This document shows positions 48,101 to 64,000 of a DNA stretch of 64,000 nt, one piece after another (positions within the stretch are counted from its first letter, which is position 1; each line of letters opens with the position of its first letter). The translations under genes and the position numbers were made by a program. The notes under the pieces were generated by a model. The model ran no database searches and had not been told where the DNA came from. It saw nothing but the letters and a program-made list of their open reading frames with translations. The DNA comes from the human T2T-CHM13v2.0 reference genome, Homo sapiens. The stretch lies in assembly GCF_009914755.1 (NCBI RefSeq), contig NC_060940.1. The stretch is one strand, 5' to 3'.

Positions 48101-49079
48101 CTGCTACAGCCCACAGCCTACAAAGGGGACACAGATAGTAGCTCTGAACAGCAGACGGATAGACGGGAACTTGTCCCTTTAGTCTTTCATGAACAGCCTC
48201 TAACTGGTCCAGGCAGGGAGGTGCAGGCTTCCAGGCTGTGGTTCCATGGAGGACACCAGCCGGGCACGCAATGGACGTTTTCCAGCCCTAGCACAGACAG
48301 AGCGTGCGGGCCCCTGCTCTCAGAAAGCCAGCCTTCTGCCTCTGGCAGCGCCGGCACATAAAAGCAGAGGGAGCCTGCTGTCTCTGCCTCGCCCACACTA
48401 ACACCCCTATTTAGAAAGGTTGACACATCACTATCACTGCTTCTGAAAATTTTATCCGGCCGAAGGCATCAGCCCAAATTTGAATTCTTGCCAAAGCTGC
48501 TGGTGATTTCGTTCTTTGAATGCAGTATCTTCCTCATGAACACGTACAGCTCTTACAAGAAAATGAGAATACGGTTTGGGGAGGAGGATCCCTCACATTC
48601 CTTTTCCTAATGCCAGCCTCGCGAAGTCTGGTCCCATGTACCCTGGGATTCTGCCACGGAAGATGACTCACTTAATTAACACGCTGCTCCTGACCGTACA
48701 CTTGGAAGCAGAGGTTCCGTTCCTTTGGTTCTTGCCAAAGCTGCTTACGAAACCATATCTTGTGTTGGTGCCCATGGTGTGTAAAAATACAAGTTCATCA
48801 TTTCCCTGATACAAATTATGACAGGCTAAATTTAGTGCCTCACCTGTCCTAACTAGCTTTCCCACCATCATGCCTGCCGCCGGGCTGTGGTCCTTTCTGA
48901 GGTCCCGTGTCCCTCTGAGGACAGGGACACCCAGACACAGAGGTCAGTTGTCAGACGCGGCCACGGTGCTCGGGAGGCTGGCTGCAGACGGGCGATTCAC
49001 CCTGGGTGTCTTCTTGAGTCTTATTTTTTGTAGAGACGAGGTCTCGCTTTGGTGCTCAGGCTGGTCTCAATCTCCTGGG

Positions 49080-51000
49080 CGCAAGCGATCCTCCCGCTTG
49101 GGCGTGGGCCAGCGCGCCCGTCCCAACGCTGGGAGTCCCGGAGATCTTGGTCACAGGCTTAAGGGAAAGGCCTAGCGCGTGGCCGCGCGTGCCTCTGGTT
49201 TCAAGGGACATGGACTGCGTGTCTGGGGCCCCTCCGCACTCCGTGTCAGACCCTGCGTCCCCCGGGTCCGCGCGGGACCCGGGCAGGGCGTCGCCCTCTG
49301 CGGCGTCTGCGCCCCGCGAACCCTGGGGCACCTGCAACCCCTGGGCCGCGGAGCCAGGCGTGCGCCGCCTCCTGGTCTCATCAACGTGAGAACGCTTTAC
49401 CCCCGAAGAGCTCAGCTCCTAGGGGGCTATGTCCCTTTGCGTCTCTCGCTCGCCAGGCGGTGCCGTTTACTCGACCGCACCATGCGTGGGTAGCGGTCGC
49501 GCCCGCTGGTAGCTGTGCGGCGGGAACACGTTCTAAGTAAGGCCTGACTCCGCGCGCCTCTTGCCAGGGACGTCACGTCACGCCTCCACTCGCAGCCTCG
49601 GAGCACCCCCGCGTCCCGCGCCCGAAGCTCGGGACCCCCGCTCTGGCGAAACGAGGAATATGACATACAGCAAAACACCCCTTCGCGGCCGCTGCACTGC
49701 CGCGACACACCCGGCGCCTGCCTCTACAGCAAGCCGGCGAGGGGCTGGGACCCCGCCGGGACGTGCTGACGTCAGGCCCGACGGGGGGCGGGGCCTGGGC
49801 GGCGGCGGCGTTAGTTCTCCGGGTACCTCAGGCGCCTCAGCCTCCTTAGTCTCCTCATCCTGCTTCACAGGCTCCGCGGCCTCCGGCCTCCTCGGCCCCC
49901 GTCCCCCGGCCTCCTCGGCCCCCGTCCCCCGCCATCCGCCGCCCGGATCCTCGCCGCCCTCCCTAGGCCGCCCCGCCGCCATGGGCCTGCGCCCGCCGCG
50001 CCGCCGGGCCGAGGGCAGCTGAGGCGCGGTGCGAAGATGGGCGAGGACAGAGCAGGGCCCGAGCGCCAGCCCCAGCAGCCCGGGCGCCCCGCGCGCGCCC
50101 GCCCGCGCCGCCGAGGGGATGCCCGCGCCCGCCGCCGCGCCCTGAGCGCCTTTGTCTGCCGCCCGCGCCCTCCGCACCACTAGCCTCTCGGGAGCATGGC
50201 GTCGGCCCCGCCGGCCTCGCCCCCGGGCTCGGAGCCGCCGGGGCCCGACCCGGAGCCGGGCGGGCCGGACGGGCCGGGGGCGGCGCAACTGGCTCCGGGC
50301 CCTGCGGAGCTACGCCTCGGAGCGCCCGTCGGCGGCCCCGACCCGCAGTCCCCGGGCCTGGATGAGCCTGCGCCCGGGGCCGCTGCAGATGGCGGGGCGC
50401 GTTGGAGCGCCGGGCCGGCCCCGGGGCTGGAGGGAGGCCCGCGAGACCCCGGGCCGTCCGCCCCGCCGCCGCGCTCCGGCCCGCGGGGGCAGCTTGCGAG
50501 CCCCGACGCCCCGGGCCCAGGGCCGCGCTCCGAAGCGCCGCTTCCAGAACTCGACCCGTTGTTCTCCTGGACTGAGGAGCCCGAGGAGTGTGGCCCCGCG
50601 AGCTGCCCGGAGAGCGCGCCTTTCCGCTTGCAGGGGTCCAGCAGCAGCCACCGAGCGCGGGGCGAGGTCGACGTCTTCTCTCCCTTCCCCGCGCCCACGG
50701 CGGGCGAGCTGGCGCTGGAGCAAGGTCCCGGGTCCCCGCCGCAGCCCTCGGACCTCAGCCAGACCCACCCCCTTCCGAGCGAGCCCGTGGGGAGTCAGGA
50801 GGACGGCCCCCGCCTCCGAGCCGTGTTCGATGCCCTGGACGGGGATGGGGACGGTTTCGTCCGCATCGAGGACTTCATCCAGTTTGCTACGGTCTACGGG
50901 GCAGAGCAGGTACGGAGCGGCCCGGGCCGGGGCGTGGGAACTGGGCAGGTGCGCGCTGGCCGGCGGGGTTGATGTGGGACCGGTCGACGCTGCCCCTGGA
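49080..51000 (+). promoter_or_regulatory. RAB11FIP3 CpG-island promoter
   Basis: CpG-dense; full CRE TGACGTCA at 49767-49774; tandem half-CREs GACGTCACGTCA at 49569-49580; GC box at ~49783. Confidence 0.9.
50196..50909 (+). CDS. RAB11FIP3: RAB11FIP3 (Rab11 family-interacting protein 3) exon 1; the rest of the gene lies beyond the window
   Basis: Pro-rich N-terminus MASAPPASPPGSEPP..., EF-hand LRAVFDALDGDGDGFVRIEDFIQF, donor CAG|GTACGG; 714 nt, phase 0. Confidence 0.96.
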
Positions 51001-52006
51001 GTCGGGAAAGGCACTGTCAAGACCTGACGGTCCTGCTTTTTCTGCTTATTCACCACTTCGGCCCTGGATTTCTGGTTGAATTGCGCTGGAGTCCCTCTTC
51101 CCTTCTTAAAAGGAGGTTCTATTCTGGGGAGTCAGTTTCTTCCCCTCCCCCCAGCGCCTCGTCAGCTGGATCTTACCGAGGTCAGCTCCTCGCCTGGGGA
51201 CACCCCCCCAGGGGGCCTGATCGCCACCCCCCCAGGGTGCCTGATCGACGTGCCCCTGAATGAAGAAGTTCCCCGCGATTCCCCCACCCGAGGGCCCAGA
51301 TACTGCTCGGCTGAATTCACCCAAGTTCTAGCCGCAGAGGCCAGGCTGCCCAGACGCCTTGAGATCCTACTGATAGACACCTATTTTGAGTACAATTACT
51401 TTACTGTGTGTGGTTGACATCTTTTCTACTTAGATTTCATCTTTTATTTGGGAGACAGTCAATGCTTGTAGAGAGTCCTGGAATTAAGAATTTTTACTTT
51501 GGTGCCTTTGGGGAGGAAGGCAATGAGCCTCGGAGCTTGTTGGCAAATGCAGAAGTCTAGCAGAACTCCGTTAGGGCCACGTCCACTCTCGTAGGAGAGG
51601 TGAAATGCGTGGACAGGCACTACGCACAGTACAGTGTGGAAGGGGTCCACGCGGTCCTCAGGGCACCTGCTCCTGGGGGAAAGGTGGGCCCCAAGATGCA
51701 GTTGTTCCTGTCTACCTCAGCACTTAATAAAGTTTAAGTGGAGATAACAGCAGGGCCGTGTGTGTTCTGCCAATAACCCGGTGGACATCAAATAATACCA
51801 GTGCTCACTTTTAAATATTTTACTTAGCAGGAAATCCCTAAGGTGCATCTGTCAATTTTTTGTATTTTGACTTCTCACACATGCAGACATCTGGTAAGTG
51901 GGTGTTCAAGTACATATGCATGTTTAAGCCAAGAGGTCTGTAAGAAAAGAGGTAAAATTGGCACACTGCTATTTAGGGTGTCAGTCATAACATTAAGAAC
52001 CTTGAT

Positions 52007-64000
<11,994 letters not shown>

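Noticed and set aside
49578-51056. Antisense ORFs over RAB11FIP3 exon 1
   Set aside because: GC-rich shadow ORFs with no recognisable domain.

Overview
Human (primate) GC-rich, very Alu-dense genomic DNA. The gene order matches subtelomeric chr16p13.3. From left to right it holds: the 5' part of PGAP6/TMEM8A on the minus strand (coding exons 1-6, running off the left edge); an intergenic block with an RPL23A retrocopy inserted inside an Alu, a solo HERV-K(HML-2) LTR5 and a fragmented old L1; complete NME4 (5 exons, 187 aa, +); complete DECR2 (8 coding exons plus a 3'UTR exon, 292 aa, PTS1 AKL, +); an Alu-saturated spacer; and the promoter, exon 1 and start of intron 1 of RAB11FIP3 (+). Exon boundaries were placed by hand from GT/AG sites, and the reading frames add up. 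There is no prokaryote-type system (CRISPR etc.), and most ORFs in the track are Alu, GC-rich or VNTR artefacts. The most interesting signals concern splicing and translation: (i) a 37-bp VNTR that quadruplicates the DECR2 exon-5 splice donor, where every extra donor gives a premature stop, next to a 35-bp VNTR that multiplies a branch-point-like motif; (ii) phase compatibility for an in-frame NME4-DECR2 read-through protein with both a mitochondrial presequence and PTS1; (iii) strong-Kozak uORFs in frame with, and stopping just before, the main ATG in both PGAP6 and RAB11FIP3; (iv) a candidate 9-nt microexon in DECR2; (v) a consensus antisense splice donor in the RPL23A retrocopy facing PGAP6. 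These are hypotheses from sequence alone, and some may already be annotated.
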